Shown here piece after piece: positions 1 to 14,000 of a stretch of DNA of 64,000 bases. Made by a program: the position numbers and the translations under genes. The notes below the pieces were generated by a model that saw nothing but the letters and a program-made list of their open reading frames with translations, did no database searches and was not told the origin of the DNA. The stretch spans positions 310,001 to 374,000 of the forward strand of contig JAAOMT010000718.1 of assembly GCA_016748015.1 (NCBI GenBank), in the 5' to 3' direction. This DNA is from Geosiphon pyriformis uo1. Its lineage: Eukaryota > Fungi > Glomeromycota. How positions within the stretch are numbered: the first letter of the stretch is position 1; each line of letters starts with the position of its first letter.

Positions 1-575
1 GATCGCAAGTTAAATCCTTCAAAATACATGCCATATGGTCCTAATAACTCTGCTTTTCTTTGTTTACTTTGAAATGGAAATTATCTAAATGTTGATGTTG
101 TGTTTGATGTGGCTGTGCTAGTAGATGTAATATTAATGGTGCTTCTGGGTGTATAGTGGTATGATGGATTAGTTGAGGACTCAACTCTTGTTTTCTTCCA
201 AGTAGGTAGTTGTATTCTTTTGGGTGTTACTGCTGGTGTTTGCAGTTTTTCTTTGCCTTTGCTTGCATAAGTAATGGAGTATCTTTGCTGTGTGTAGTGT
301 TCAATTTCTTTGTTGATTTCCATGATGATGAAGGTGAAATTGTGATTTGTTGACAGGTTGGTATTTTGAATTAATTTGCTGTAAAAGGCTTCTCTTGCTG
401 ATTTAATATTTACTGGTGTTTCTAACAGATAGGCAATTTTTTCATTGACATAGAAATTAAAAGCTGATTCTGCTAATATGTGATTGTAATTTAATTCCAA
501 ATGTTGACAGTAGTGTTGAAATAAAGATTTCATGAATCCTAGATGGTTTGCTCCTATGTTTTCTGATTTTGCCAC
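1..575 (-). pseudogene. gag: gag N-terminal region of El1
   Basis: ORF 81-575 (IGANHLGF..ESAFNFYVNEKI..YASKGKEKLQTPAVTP) aligns with the El2 Gag. The stop at 81-83 is premature because homology continues past it. Confidence 0.85.
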
Positions 576-616
576 TTTTAGATTTGTGTTGGTGCTGGTT
601 CTCTGTAGAATTATAT

Positions 617-632
617 CTCACAGGGAGCACCA
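617..632 (-). promoter_or_regulatory. Primer-binding site TGGTGCTCCCTGTGAG (cognate tRNA not identified; 3' end ...GGAGCACCA)
   Basis: Starts with TGG 2 nt after the LTR end. Degenerate copies at 45325-45340 and ~13936-13951. Confidence 0.8.
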
Positions 633-634
633 AA

Positions 635-1467
635 TGTTACAGGTGACTATTTCTGGTGTTGGATTAAATAACAAACCCATAACTTGGTGCTCAAATCTAG
701 TTGTAGTTGATAGTAATCTGAAAGTTTGTGTCTGAAAGATTTGTATCCAAAGGGTTTGGTTAAGTTTTTTGTATAATGAACAGAGATTCAATGGTAATAG
801 TTTTATCCATAGCTTCCCGAAACCACAGTTTTGTCAATTTTTTTCTTAGCTTGATGGCTGGTATTCCTTCTGGTAAGCTATCTTCAATCGAGTGTTCTAC
901 CCTTATTTCTGGGTCTTTTACCAGTCATGTTTATCCTGATGTCAGTACCCTATATGTTAATCCTCAATAGAGTTAGTAAACAACAATAAAATCAAGGCAA
1001 GAAATAAAGAAAAGAAAAGAAAATAAAAAAAGAAAAGAAATAAGCCAAGACAATTTACAAGTTAGTATTCCATTAATAGCCATGATCAAGAACTATTGTT
1101 CTAGTGTGGTTAAGTATCAATTACTATTAACATGAAGTGTTGATAGTGGCAGCAGGTTTGAGATAACAAACAGTTATTTATTTGTGGTTTGGAAAGTTGT
1201 CTAGATAAAATCTAAATAGAGAAGTCTGTCTTTTCAGCTTCTAATTCTACTGCTATATATACATAATTGAGATTTCCCAATTCCTTAATTCTTCACAACA
1301 GGAATCCTGAGATTCTTGGAATCCTGCAATTCCTTTGAGAGAATTCTGTAATTCCTGGAATCCTGCAATTTCTGAGAGAAATTCTGGAATTCCATATTTT
1401 ACTATGTCTACTTCTGATTGGCTAATAACTATGCTAATATATATTCCCTATATTTCTATGAGTAACA
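635..1467 (-). repeat. 5' LTR of El1 (833 bp, TGTTACTC...TGTAACA on minus)
   Basis: TG..CA termini; similar to the LTRs at 45343-46159 and 46642-47509; immediately followed by a PBS. Confidence 0.92.
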
Positions 1468-4400
1468 ATGCACAATGTTTAGCATGAACTAACCAGACAT
1501 TACTTCTAAAATCAAGACTAAGAGATCACACAAATTTAACAATTTCCAAACCAGCAACTTTGAGATTATAAAAGATGGTGACCGCTTTGCAAAACCAATC
1601 ATTAAAAACAAAACTCTTATAAAGAGCCATGAACAAAAAAGAGTCAAAGACACATGAAGACAACAGCTGTAGAATGCCTGAAGAAGAATAAGAAAAACCA
1701 GAGATTACTTTCCAGGAGTCCACATAGGATTCCAACAATTGATATCGGACAAAATCATCAATCCTGCAAGAGAACACATGATCTAATGTCTCTATATCGC
1801 CACAATATAAGCACAACACACTTGGATATAGTCTATTATAAAAGCACTTCTGAATGGCAACTGGCAGCCAGTGATACAAAGTCTTCATAAAATAAAAGTG
1901 GGCATTAGCCAAAGGTCTGCTAGTAAAACTAGTGGCCATGTGCAAATTAGGGTGTCAAACCAAAGATAAACAGAGCCAGTCAACTTTAGAGAACAAACCA
2001 TTTGCCAAAAACTTGAAATCAGAACCAACCTCTCAGCACACATGATAAACCAAACAATAAATATCATGTACAAAATGTCTGGAATTGCCAGAAACCACAC
2101 TACCATTAGCCACTATAAAGCATTCATCCAAGTAATGAGAAAAATACCAACCAGAGAAAGAAACATCACCAGCAATTGTGTCAGTACACTCATTCCTTAA
2201 AATGTCAGAGTGGCTTTTAATCTTATGCCAGCTGACCTTCAAATTCTTACTGTGAATAACATTGACAATATGACAACATTTGATTCAGCACTGATTATGA
2301 AAGTCAGGACATGCTAGACCTAATTCAGACTTACAGACATCCAGAGCAGATTGACTATCTGAGAACAAATTAATAGAGCTCAGTAGGGGAACACTCTTTA
2401 GAGCCAGCACAATAGTCTGCAACTCCACCAAAGTAGATGACATCAAATCCAATACACTAACACCCAAACCCAAACCAATGTCTTTAAAAAACACGGCAGT
2501 ATTAGCTCTACAACCAACTAAGCCCAAATTACTAAAGGACCCATTTGTATATACTGACAAACTGTCAGCACCAACTTGCAAGAGACAATCACAGACAGAA
2601 ACAAAATCACTAGAATTAAGAATGTTTAAAGAACCAACCCCATCCGAAACTGAGGGACAAGAGAGAGAGAAATTTTTATCATTGAGAAATATAACAGAGA
2701 GCCTGAACTATTCAGGAACAGAGCCACAAGGGTTTAATTTTTTCCAACACTTAAAGATATGCCAATCAAAGACAGAACCATAATGATCATGAAGTTGATC
2801 TACAAAGACAACACCATACTGTTGAAAAGAGGGAAAAAACCTGAGAAACTGCAACTCACCCAGGACAGCAGACATAGAGATCCCACCACAAAACCAAAAG
2901 GAGTTGGCCAAAAAGCCACCCAGAGACAAATCACAATCAAAAAGAATGCAAACCATGCTTACTAGAAAGTTATTGGAAGCACTAACATGAATACGCACAG
3001 GAAAACACAATAGATAAATAGGGTGCCAGCACAGAACCTACAAGTTATGAGATCTGTGAAAGAACAAACGTCCCAGGATGCCACCCGAATTTGCAAAACT
3101 AACAAGAAAAGCCACCTTGCTTTCAGACTAAACTTGAAAGAAAGATTTCAAACCATAAAAGAAAGGGTGGTAAATTGTATCACTAAGAAAATCAAAAAGT
3201 AGACTGGATTTAAATTTCAAGCCTCTATGAATCAAGACATCCCACTTGTTGCATATATTAATAGCAACAAAGCTGAACTGAGTCCTATAACTAACTATAG
3301 GATAAAGAACTGCCAACACTAAATATAAGAACTGCTTATCTGAGACAGCTTTTTTCAAGATCAGATTGGTAAAAAATGAATGTCTAAATTAGTCTTTGCC
3401 AAGTTAGACTTTGAGAAACCTTCAGTTGAGAGAAAAATACCCAAATATTGATGAGATTCACCCTTTTTGGCAATAAAGATCGGCAAGCCACTGATAGAAA
3501 GAGAAGGAGTGCTGACCCTGCTATTGATAGGAATGACTACTGTCTTGTTGTTATTGATAGAAATATTATTTATCTGAAAAAATTCACTTGCAACATCTAG
3601 AATGTGTTAAGTAGCTGCCTGACTACTACCAACCCAAATTGTATCATCAATAAAAGCACCAGCAGCAAAAAAGGAAGAGAGCCCAGCCCTTGACTCAGTA
3701 TGATCATTCCTTGAAATAAAATGAGAACTTAACCTATAACCATATACACTTTCCTGTCTTTTGACTTTACATAGTAGAAAATCATAAAATATATGCCACA
3801 GGAGAGGAGAAAAAACCTTCTCTTGGTCCAAACTATCATGCACACAATAACTATTCATTAGCCCAAAGTTTGTTATTACCCTGTTGGTACAATTTTTATA
3901 AATATTACCAAAAAACCAAATGAACTTGCCACACATTTTGATCCTAACCAAACATTTCTCAAGATGTTCCCAGCTGACTGAATCATATGCTTTCTGCATA
4001 TTCTACAAAACCAACCAGAGTTCTTAATTCTTTTTCAACACATCTTTAACCACTGATCCAACTGCAAAAATAAGAGACTAAGTTGTTGTACCTTTTAAAA
4101 CTGAAAAATTGTCCTCACAAAGAATGTTGAAAAAGCTGCATGCCAAAAAAATCCTATTAGAAAGAATTTTGGAAAAGATCTTATGAGCTGTCTTGATTAA
4201 AGCAATAGGGTAGGTGTTTGTGAGAACACCTTCTTACTCATAAAGTTTAGGAATTATTGAGACCCAAGCTTCCACCCAAGGTCTGGACACTGATTCGGAA
4301 GATAAGCAAAAGTTCAAAAGCACTAAAAGCATATCCAGAATTGACTGGTCACAATGTTTCCAAAGCTTGTTTATAATACTCAAAAGACCAGCAGCTTTGC

Positions 4401-5958
4401 CATCAGGCAGATTGAAAATTACATCAAGCAACTTACTTAACTCGACTGAATGTATGACACCAGAAAAGACTTCATCAAAAACATAGTCCAATGGCCAATA
4501 TTGATGGGACCAAACATAAGAAATATTAGCAACCACACCATGCTTCTTGGTCCAACCTTCCATAATAACATCCATCTTAGATTTAACTGAATCAGGCTCC
4601 AAAATAAGCTTATCATCAACCACCAGATGGTCCAGAACCACTTTGCAGAAAGGATGTTCCAGAACACTCCTAATAATATGACCCTTATTTGTCTCGAAAC
4701 TTTCCATCCTCTTATCTATAGCAGTCCTAATGTTTGCTTTCCTAGCTGCCAAAGATTCAGCAAGCTTGGATGCATGATAAAACTTCTTAATACCAGAGAG
4801 AGCAGAATGAACATAACTAGGAGCCACACCAGAGTCAATGAGATTCTGAACAACTGAAGCTTTGATACTGTCCATAGAGTTCCAGCATTTCATAAGGGAA
4901 ACAAAACTAGCAACATTTTCTTTACAAGAGGCCTTAACAATTTTCGAGATCAAAAGCTCCAACTTATGAAACTTTAAAGAAACTTTGGTGAACACACTGT
5001 CAAAATTCTTGAACCACTTTTTTCTAAATATCTCATTTGCCGAAAGTGTCATTATCTTGCACAAAACATTCCATATGGCATCCAGGTCTGAGTGCTTAAT
5101 AGTAGCATCAAACTCATCAGAGAGCATCTCAGCATTAGTTGATGTAACATTTTTAAATTTTTTCTACTTATTGACATCAGTGCCTTTGAAATCAAACTTC
5201 CACTGGTCTTTGTTTGCTTGCTTGCAGATAGAGTTCAACTGCTTATCCAAAAATCTACTCAAATTCACAAACATAAAAACAGCCTGATAATCAGTATCAA
5301 AAAATTCACCAACATCTAACACCTCGCATCCCACCACAGCATTAATCAAGTTTAAAGAAACAAACAAAAAGTTGATAATCTTAGCCACACCCTGAAAGTT
5401 AGTTCATGTGGGCTTTTTAACATAAGAACTACCACTCAAAGAATTGACCAAACCAAGATTTAGACATTTTTTGAAATTAGCACACCTTCGGGAGCCATTT
5501 TTATTGAAGTCACCACCCAAAACCACAAAAGATAATTCATTGACTGCTTTAGCTATTATAAAATTGATATTATTAGACTAAGAAAAATGAACAACCAGAG
5601 ACACCCCTGTATAAAGCCCCAAAATTAACACTGAAAGTTTATTTTTGAATAACAGCTTGATTGAAAGGAGCCAACATGGCACCTTAGAAACTTTACTAAC
5701 ATAATAAGCCAGAGAAATGTTCATAATAATCGTGACTCTAGCACCAAGAAAGCCCTTGTCCAACCCAGATGAAAAAATCCTGACACCATCAAACCTGTCC
5801 CTAATCTAAGATTTGTTGCTAAACCTCAGCTTAGTTTTTGTAATTATCGAAACCAAATTCTCAGAATCTTTATGCCAATGGATAATGTTCTCCTGCTTGG
5901 TAGGGACATTGATACTACAAACATTACATGTTACAAATTTTCATATGAAATCACTCAT
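1468..5958 (-). pseudogene. LINE-1 ORF2 (APE endonuclease, RT, RNase H, zinc finger)
   Basis: ATG 5958-5956 overlaps the ORF1 stop (TAATG). Chain of ORF fragments with the motifs listed above. Confidence 0.88.
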
Positions 5959-7920
5959 TAAAGAGCAAGAGAGGTTGACAAATCCAATTCCGAGCACAAA
6001 CAATCTAATCTTTCTAAAACAGATTCAACTAACACCTTCAAAGCCACCATCTTGGACTCTAATCCACCCATCTTGGTGGTCAAAACTTTGGAACTACTTG
6101 AGCTTAGACCAGCAACTGAATCAGCAACAGCTGAAAGAAGAGAAGAAGGAGACACTGTTACAACATCAAGATTCATATCCAAATCCCCATCAGCTGTAAC
6201 AAATACAATAGTAACTGGAGGAAATACACAAGAACTAGATGCTAAAGGCACCAATTCCACAAAACTCAATTTTTTCAAAATATCTGAAATCTGGTCCACC
6301 AAAAGCTCCAAAGAAGCCAATTATTTAGCCAAATAGGAATCATTAAGGGAGTTAGAAACCAATGAAACAGGTTTTGCACCTAAAAATGAGCCAACACCAG
6401 AAGAATTTGACAAAATCTCATGAGAAAAAGAACCACCAGCCACTTGGGCCCAAGTTTTCTCACCAAAAAAAACTGGATAAACAATTGGTGCTTGCTTTTT
6501 CTTATATATGTTTGCCAAACAGGCCCAATTTTGAGGAGTTACCACTTGCTTACCACAAGCACCAGAATTTCCACCCAACAAACACCCTGTAGAGATATGA
6601 CCAAACTGTTTGCAATGAGCACAACAGACCAAAGAAAGGCCAGCCCAGTGCAAATTCACATTCTTAAACACCGGAGTGGAACCAATAGCAGCCAATTTGA
6701 ATGCCTTATTAATAAAACACACAATTGTACATCTATCATGCACATATGAAATGGGATTATGGCCAATAAAACAAGTTTTTCTACCATATGATTCCAACAA
6801 ATCCAAAAAATCATGAGCTGTTGTACCAACTGGAAAAATGTACAGCAATGCCCAATGTAAATCTCTGAAAACTCACAAATGTTTATTATCAACAGCTTTT
6901 GTCACATAAACAGAATCTTTTTCCATGTAAACTGACCATTTAGCTGTGACCAAATCAGCTATCTTAGACAATTCAAATTTCACTAAAGCTTTTTGCCACA
7001 AGTCAATCAATTACATCTTAATTGACACAATCTTTCCAAACTTAGAGAAAACAGATTCCACAGCTGATTTGGGAAGATTGACTGGAATCTCCTTAACAAC
7101 AATTACCCAATCTGAATGTTTATTTACCTGTCTAATATCATTATTTACCACAATTTTCTCATGAATTGCCAATTTTCTAGCCTTTTTCAGACTCAATTCA
7201 GATGTGAAGAAGGATCTGATGATCCCAAGAAATTTTGAAGGAGTTGATGCTTCTCCAAAACCATTAATTCAATAAAAAATTTTTTTTACTGCCATTAATT
7301 TATCACTATTAGTTTTTCCAGACACAACAGCCAAATCCATGTCCAAAGCAAACAATCTTACTGGCTTGAAGCTACAACTTTCTGAAACATGTGATTTGGC
7401 TAATGGCAGCCGATTAGACCCAACAAACTTAGATTTAGGAAGCACCAACTCAGCATCATTGTCACTCAAGTTTCTAAAGGAAGGTGTTTTTGGCAGCAGT
7501 CCCAAAACATAGGTTTTTGTTTGTGTTTTTTTAGGCATCACATTGTCCACCATGTTATCAGTCTCAGAAGTGTTGAAATTTACATAACTAGTCTCTTCAA
7601 CCACTATGTTGTCTATGTTCTCAATGTCAGACACCTCACTAATGCTGATATCTTCACTTTTAACCTTACTGTCCTAAGACACCTTGCATTCACCACAGTC
7701 TGTCTGTAAAACATTTTCAAAGATAGGTCTAGTCAACGAGTTCACCACAACTCCAGTAACAACAGGTTTTTTTGATTTTTTATACAAAGAATTCCAAGTG
7801 TAGATACTCTCAACTTGCGTTTTCTTTTTAGTCTCAGACCAGGATCTCAATCCAGCTGAACTAGTACCAGAACCACTAGCAAAAAAGCTTACTGGTTCTA
7901 TTGCAACAAAATGGGGTATG
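5958..7920 (-). pseudogene. LINE-1 ORF1 (nucleic-acid-binding, zinc knuckle, C-terminal coiled coil)
   Basis: In-frame fragments 7674-7988, 7269-7634, 7011-7196, 6321-6848, 5958-6320; homologous to LINE-2 ORF1. Start position approximate. Confidence 0.82.
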
Positions 7921-8025
7921 TTAAAAGAAATAACTAAAGATAATAAGGGGGAAGGAGAAAGAAAAAAGCTAAATCTTTGACAATACAAATGCTTTCATTA
8001 TGATCAGAGAATTAATAAAAGAAAG

Positions 8026-11000
8026 TTTTTTTTTGTTATTTTGTTTTGTTAAAATAGTTTTTTTTTAAATTAAAGTATTAATAAATATTAATACAATTAT
8101 TAATAAATAAATGTATTTATTTGACCAGATTAAATTTGAATTATTTTTGACAAGTTATTAATATTGGTGTTTTTAGTTTCTTTTTTATAATGTATTTTGT
8201 AAGAAAATTGTTACAAATAAGTATTCTATCTTATATATATTTTTTCTAATTGTGATTTACTAAACAACCAAATTAATTTTTTATAATTAATATATAAAGC
8301 AAATTGTTAACAAAAATAATATCTCCAATTTTATATGATTTAGTAAATAGTAAAACATTCTAAATTTATAGTATTGTATATTTTTTCAGCTGTACTAATG
8401 TTTTTGTTAATATAAGCAATAAGATATTTTTTATTATTAGATCTAATTTAAGATAAAACTGTTCTTAAAATATTTTTTGATGTATTAATAACTATAATAA
8501 ATTGTTTTGTAAAATTTGGATATATTAGAATTGGAGCTTTAATAAATTAGTATTTAAAATATTTAAAGACTTTTTGTTAATCTATTTTTTACAAATAAAA
8601 AACATGTTTTAATAGTAAATAGTACAAAAGTTTGACAATATCCAAAAATTTTTTAATAAATTAATAATAATATTTAGCAAATTTTAAGAATCTTTATAAT
8701 TCTTATAAATTACTTAGTATTAAAAATTTTTTTACTTTTTAAATTTTGTTTAAATTGAATTTTACTTTATTTTTTTGATAATATATTCAAAAAACTTTAA
8801 TTTGGTTTTTTTAAAAAAGTATTTGTCAAAATTTAACTTAAGTTTAATGTTTTAAAAACAGTTAAAAACTTGTTAAAGATATAATAAATGTTTATAAAAT
8901 GTCTTTGAAAATACATTAGTGTTATCTAAATAAATATTAATTAATTTTCATAAAATTTTTTTATACATAACATTTATTAAGTATTAAAAGATGGCTGAAA
9001 TATTGCAAAGTCTAAAAGACATTATATTAAACTTAAAATTTTTATTTTTAATGGTAAAAACAGTTTTTTTTTTTTAATAAAGTCTATTTTAACTTGTTAA
9101 TATTTATTGGCTAAATCTAAAAGAAAAACCATTTTTTATTTTTTAAGTTATTTAGAATTTTTTAAATAAAAAGAAATAGATAGCTATTTTCTTAAATAAT
9201 ATTATTGAATTTTTAATAATTAATACAGAAACAAATTTTTCTGTTTTTTTTGGTAATTAATACAATAGATAAAAACCAGAGGCTTAAAGACTTTTTAATT
9301 AGATTATATTTAATATTTGTTGTATTTTCTGCTTAATTAAGTTGTTTTTATTTAAGATAACATAGTAGACTTATTGTTTAATAGATTTTATATCTCTAAT
9401 ATTAATTTTATGTTTTACTATATTAGTGTATTTGAATTTATTTTTATTAATAAAAACATTAACATATTGGTTTAATAAAATCTTAAATTGTATTTGTTAA
9501 AGAAAACTTAAATTTTCAAGATTTAGTTTATTAATTTTTTTTGAAGTAAACAAATAACTTTTTTTTGACCTATTCTATACTTAAGAAATAATATTACAGA
9601 ATAAAAATAATTATGTAAAATCAAAGATAAATTAAAGTTTTTTAGAATTTTGAATATTTGGAATTAAAAAGCCAATAAGAATTTTTTTGAAAATTTTGAT
9701 AACATTTTTAGTTAAATTATGTATAAAAATTTTGAAATATTTATAAACTTTTGCAAAAATATACAAATTTGCAATATTAGTCAAGTAACAGATATCTAAA
9801 GCAGCTTTAAATAACAAAGCTTAGTTTTGAAGTTTTTGTTCAACTTTTATTATATATTGTTGATATAATAGAATTAAGATAACAGTATTAGTATAAATAA
9901 ATTATACTTTGTTATTAGACTTTTCTATATAATTAACTTATATACTTTCTTATCTACTAAATTTAAATTTTTGAATTTTTTTAATGATAAAACTTAATTC
10001 TTTTTAAGTGTCTACTAAAATAAATTGTAAAATTTTTATAAAAGACAAAAAAATAATTTGAACAATCTTTTTTTGTAATTCAATTGTATAAAATTTGTCA
10101 AAATTATTTTAAAACATTATAATAATATTTCTTGTATATTCTGCATTGATTATTTTTTCTCTTATATTAATTTTTTTGTTTGCAAAATTAAAATAAAATG
10201 CAATCTAAATTATAATATTAATGAAAATTTTTAAAGCTATTTTAAAATCTATTTTTACAAAAAAATAGAATATAATAACTACAAAAAATTGTTTAAAGTA
10301 TCTTAAATTAAATCTAGCATTATTAATATGTGTTTTTTCTGAACATATTTAAGCTATTAACTTGATCATAAGTGGAATTTTTAATATTGACACAAAACTT
10401 ACTTAATTAAGTAAGAAGTTATCTTAAAAAATTGAAAAATTCTTTGTAAAAAATTCAGAAACATACTAGTTTATACAATATTAAAAAAATAACAATAATA
10501 CAAGATACTAACAACAACAACAACAATAATAATAACAATAACAATAACAGTTTTAGAAACAAAATTCTTATAATTATTACTATTATTAGAATTTTAATTA
10601 TATTATATAAAATTGTTACAAAAAATATTAGATTAGAATTGTAAAAACTAATATCTATAACCATCTAAATATTTATAATCATTAGAATATTACTATTCTG
10701 TTCTTTAGTATTAACAGTTTTAATATATATTGCAGTCATCTCCAACTTATTACCAATTTTTTCAAGTAACAGTACTATTTTAATCATAGTATTAAATTTT
10801 TTAAAACATTAATCTAAAACTTAGAGCTATTAATTATAGCCAAAAATAAAAAAACAATTCTAAATACCAATTTCAAACCTCAATAATACCAACTTAAATC
10901 CCAAATCACAATAATTTACTATTATAAATATTATTAACTAAGTACTTAAATCAAACATTATATCTTAATCTTATTAAACTTAGGATTTTATTCTTTTAGA

Positions 11001-14000
11001 AAAAAAAATTACAATTAAAATCACTAATTTTTTTGTAATACTCAAACTATTTTTAATATAATTTTTCTAGCCATAATTACCAAAAATAACACTTTTAAAG
11101 CCATATTTATATTTGATATTAATAATTTGAACATTTATAATCTCTTTAATAGAGCTGTTATTAATTCAAACAAAGCTATTACAGCAATATATACCAATAT
11201 TTAAATAGAACAAATAGAACAAATAAGCATTAAGTTAATTTTTAACAGTAAATTAGCTAACAGTATTATTATAAAACAACTTATAAATCAGTTAAGTCAT
11301 TGAATTAGCTGTATTATTATTACCAAAATAATTACTGTTAATAAAAATACCAAAACTTTAATAAAAAAAATTGATAATTTTTTTTTCAAAATAAATAAAA
11401 TCAGAATTTCTACTAAAGTTCTTATAATAAAAACAACTTAATATCAAACTTTAATTAATAATAATTAATTAACTAAGACCTATGTTATTTTTAATTGAAA
11501 TATTCAAGAGCTCCAAATCTTATTTAATAGTTAATATATTTAAATATTTGTCAATTGTAAATATTTTAAAACAATTACTTTAAAATTATTTCTAATCAAA
11601 TTTAAAAAATCTGTAGTACAGTTTATTTTAAAAACATATTAGATTTTTTAAACTAATAATTTTATCATAAAATTATTACTATCACTTACTTGAAAAAAAA
11701 AAAGACTAAATAAAAATTACAAGTTTCAATTTTTGTTTGTGTTTTACCAAATTAAACTAATTAATCTTATAACTAATCTAAACTAGCTTGTATAAATTGT
11801 AAAAAAAAAACTATTATTAATAGATATATATATTGAAAATAATAAAGTATAGCCAATTGTTACCAGATATTATTATTATTTATGTGTATTAAAATGATTT
11901 GAATACCCAAAATAACAAAACAAATAGAATAACATTTTATGTTTTACCTGTAAAAAAACTCTGTTTGATAAAGAACTATAAAATAACATTTCTAACAGAA
12001 AAAAAACTTATAATAAATCTTGTTAATATATTATTTTAATTAATAATTGAGCACACAAAGATATCTTATTTGCTATTATCTATAGTCAAACAATTAATTA
12101 ACTAGATTTGTATTCTTATAATAAAGATAAAATTTGAAAAATAACAACTATAAAATAGAAAAGTACAATAATTAAGAAAATATATATTATTAAAAACATT
12201 TTTATTACTGTTAAAAAAATAGATGACCTTTAAACTAATAATTCAAAAGCATTTTAAAAACATTATTAAGAACTTGCTTTAATAATAAAAAACAAAAACA
12301 AAAAACTAACTGACTTTAGCACCAAATTATATAATTACTGTTTTATTTTTTGCTATTTTCAATACTATAACAAGTGTAATTTTTTTTAATTTATTACTTT
12401 ATACTCTGTACCAAATTTTTGAACTTAAAAAGCTTAAAGAAAAATATAAATTAATTGCAAAAAACATGTTATTTTAAAAATTAAGTATAATTATTAAAAT
12501 AAAACAATATTTTGCTTATTTAAATCTCTTTAAAAACTTGAAATTAAAATAGTATAATAACAATAACAAAAAAATATAATTGGCTTTTTGTTTAGTCAAT
12601 TCGAAATTACAAACAAGGATTATAGTATCTTGTAAATTTCTAAAATAATGGAATTTAATAAACCAAAAAATATTGTTTTTAGTTTTTTATAAATTGGTTT
12701 AGAATTTGGCCAAATATATAATAATCTTATTTAATAGCTTAATTTTGATAAAGAGTTTGATTAAATCATCCAAAATAAGTAATTACAGCTTTATAATTCT
12801 TTTGTTTATTATACTAAACTGATTTTGTAATCTGATTAGAATATTAAGATTACAAAAATATTATAGAAATACAAGTTTAAAAGCAACAAAATTGGCTGGT
12901 TTTTTGTAAACTTTTAATATTAAGAGTTAACTGTTTTTGTAAAAAAAAAATAATGCTTGAATAGTTTTGATATTATTCTAATTATTAACTGTAATTGTTT
13001 TTTTAGTTTTTACAATTTATGTATAAGTATTTTTTTTTATTAAAGAATTTTTTTTTTAGCAATGTTTCTGTAAGTTATATTAAAAATAATAAGAAGTTGT
13101 TTGTTTATTAGTAAAAAAAAATTGGTAGAGATATGTCTGGTTGTTTAGTTAAACTTAATACTAATTGTTTTTTTTGTTAACTGTTATAAAAAATTAGAAT
13201 AAAAATATTCTTCTTAAAAAGTTGGTTATTAATTTAGTTAGTAATTATAATATTTATTGTTTCCAAATAATAATGGTTTAAAAAGTAGTATTTGTTACAA
13301 AAGTAAGATTTTTGAATAGAATTCTGTATTTTTTCAATAATTTAGTTCAAAAATTTCTGTTAGAGTCTTAGAAATAAAATTTTTTAGAAGTTTTTAGAGT
13401 TTTAAGCTGTAATTTAATAGGCTAATTGAATAATATTCTACTTTCTGAAGTCTAATAATATGATAATATTGTTAATAATAAGAATCTTAACTTTTTATTA
13501 ATAGTAGATTGTGGTTTTTTTTACTTAAATTGTTATTAAATTTTGTTTTTAGTATCTAACTTAAATTCTTTAAAAAAGATTTTAGTGTTATAATTTTTTT
13601 TAAGTTGAAGATACCAGTTTTGTGTATATACCTCAATTTTTTTGTCAATAAAAAGAAAAGTTTTTACAATTGCTCTTTTAATAGTAGTAATTAAATATAA
13701 TAGTAAGTTTTAATAAATATATTTTTTGAGTCTTTTATAGTTATTTTATTTAGATAATAGTTAATTTTGATATATATATAATAAAGAAAATTATTTTTAA
13801 CTATAAATGTTTTTTCTAAGATTCCTAAATCTTTTTAAAAGTATTAATATAATTTTTTTTTAATTTTTTTTAATTGTTCTAATAATTATTACTTTGTAAG
13901 TTTTTTAGATGTTCTGTTTTTGTAAATTTTATAACTTCACAAAGAGCATTAAATATTATGAGTAAATTTGGTAATATATGGTCATAATATTTGGTGTTTG

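Larger units (their letters stand above)
1..1467 (-). mobile_element. Ty3/gypsy LTR retrotransposon El1 (family A), 5' part only; continues beyond window start
   Basis: LTR 635-1467, PBS 617-632, and a Gag N-terminus (ORF 81-575) homologous to the Gag of El2 at 44700-45280. Inserted into LINE-1 at 1467/1468. Confidence 0.92.
1468..8025 (-). mobile_element. LINE-1: non-LTR retrotransposon (ORF1 + APE-RT-RNaseH-ZnF ORF2), degraded; 3' tip separated by the El1 insertion
   Basis: ORF1 CCHC knuckle (CAHCKQFGHISTGC), APE (GDFN, DTDYQAV), RT (QKAYDSV, FIDDTIW), RNase H (LSVYTNGS, ELQTI, DSQSAL, WHKIKSH), C-terminal CLYC..H..C. The 5' end CTTTCTTTT after an A-run matches the 5' end of LINE-2. Confidence 0.93.

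Noticed and set aside
10455-10664. Poly-Leu hydrophobic ORF resembling a membrane peptide
   Set aside because: Antisense reading of the (AAC/AAT)n low-complexity Gag region in the inverted ghost segment.
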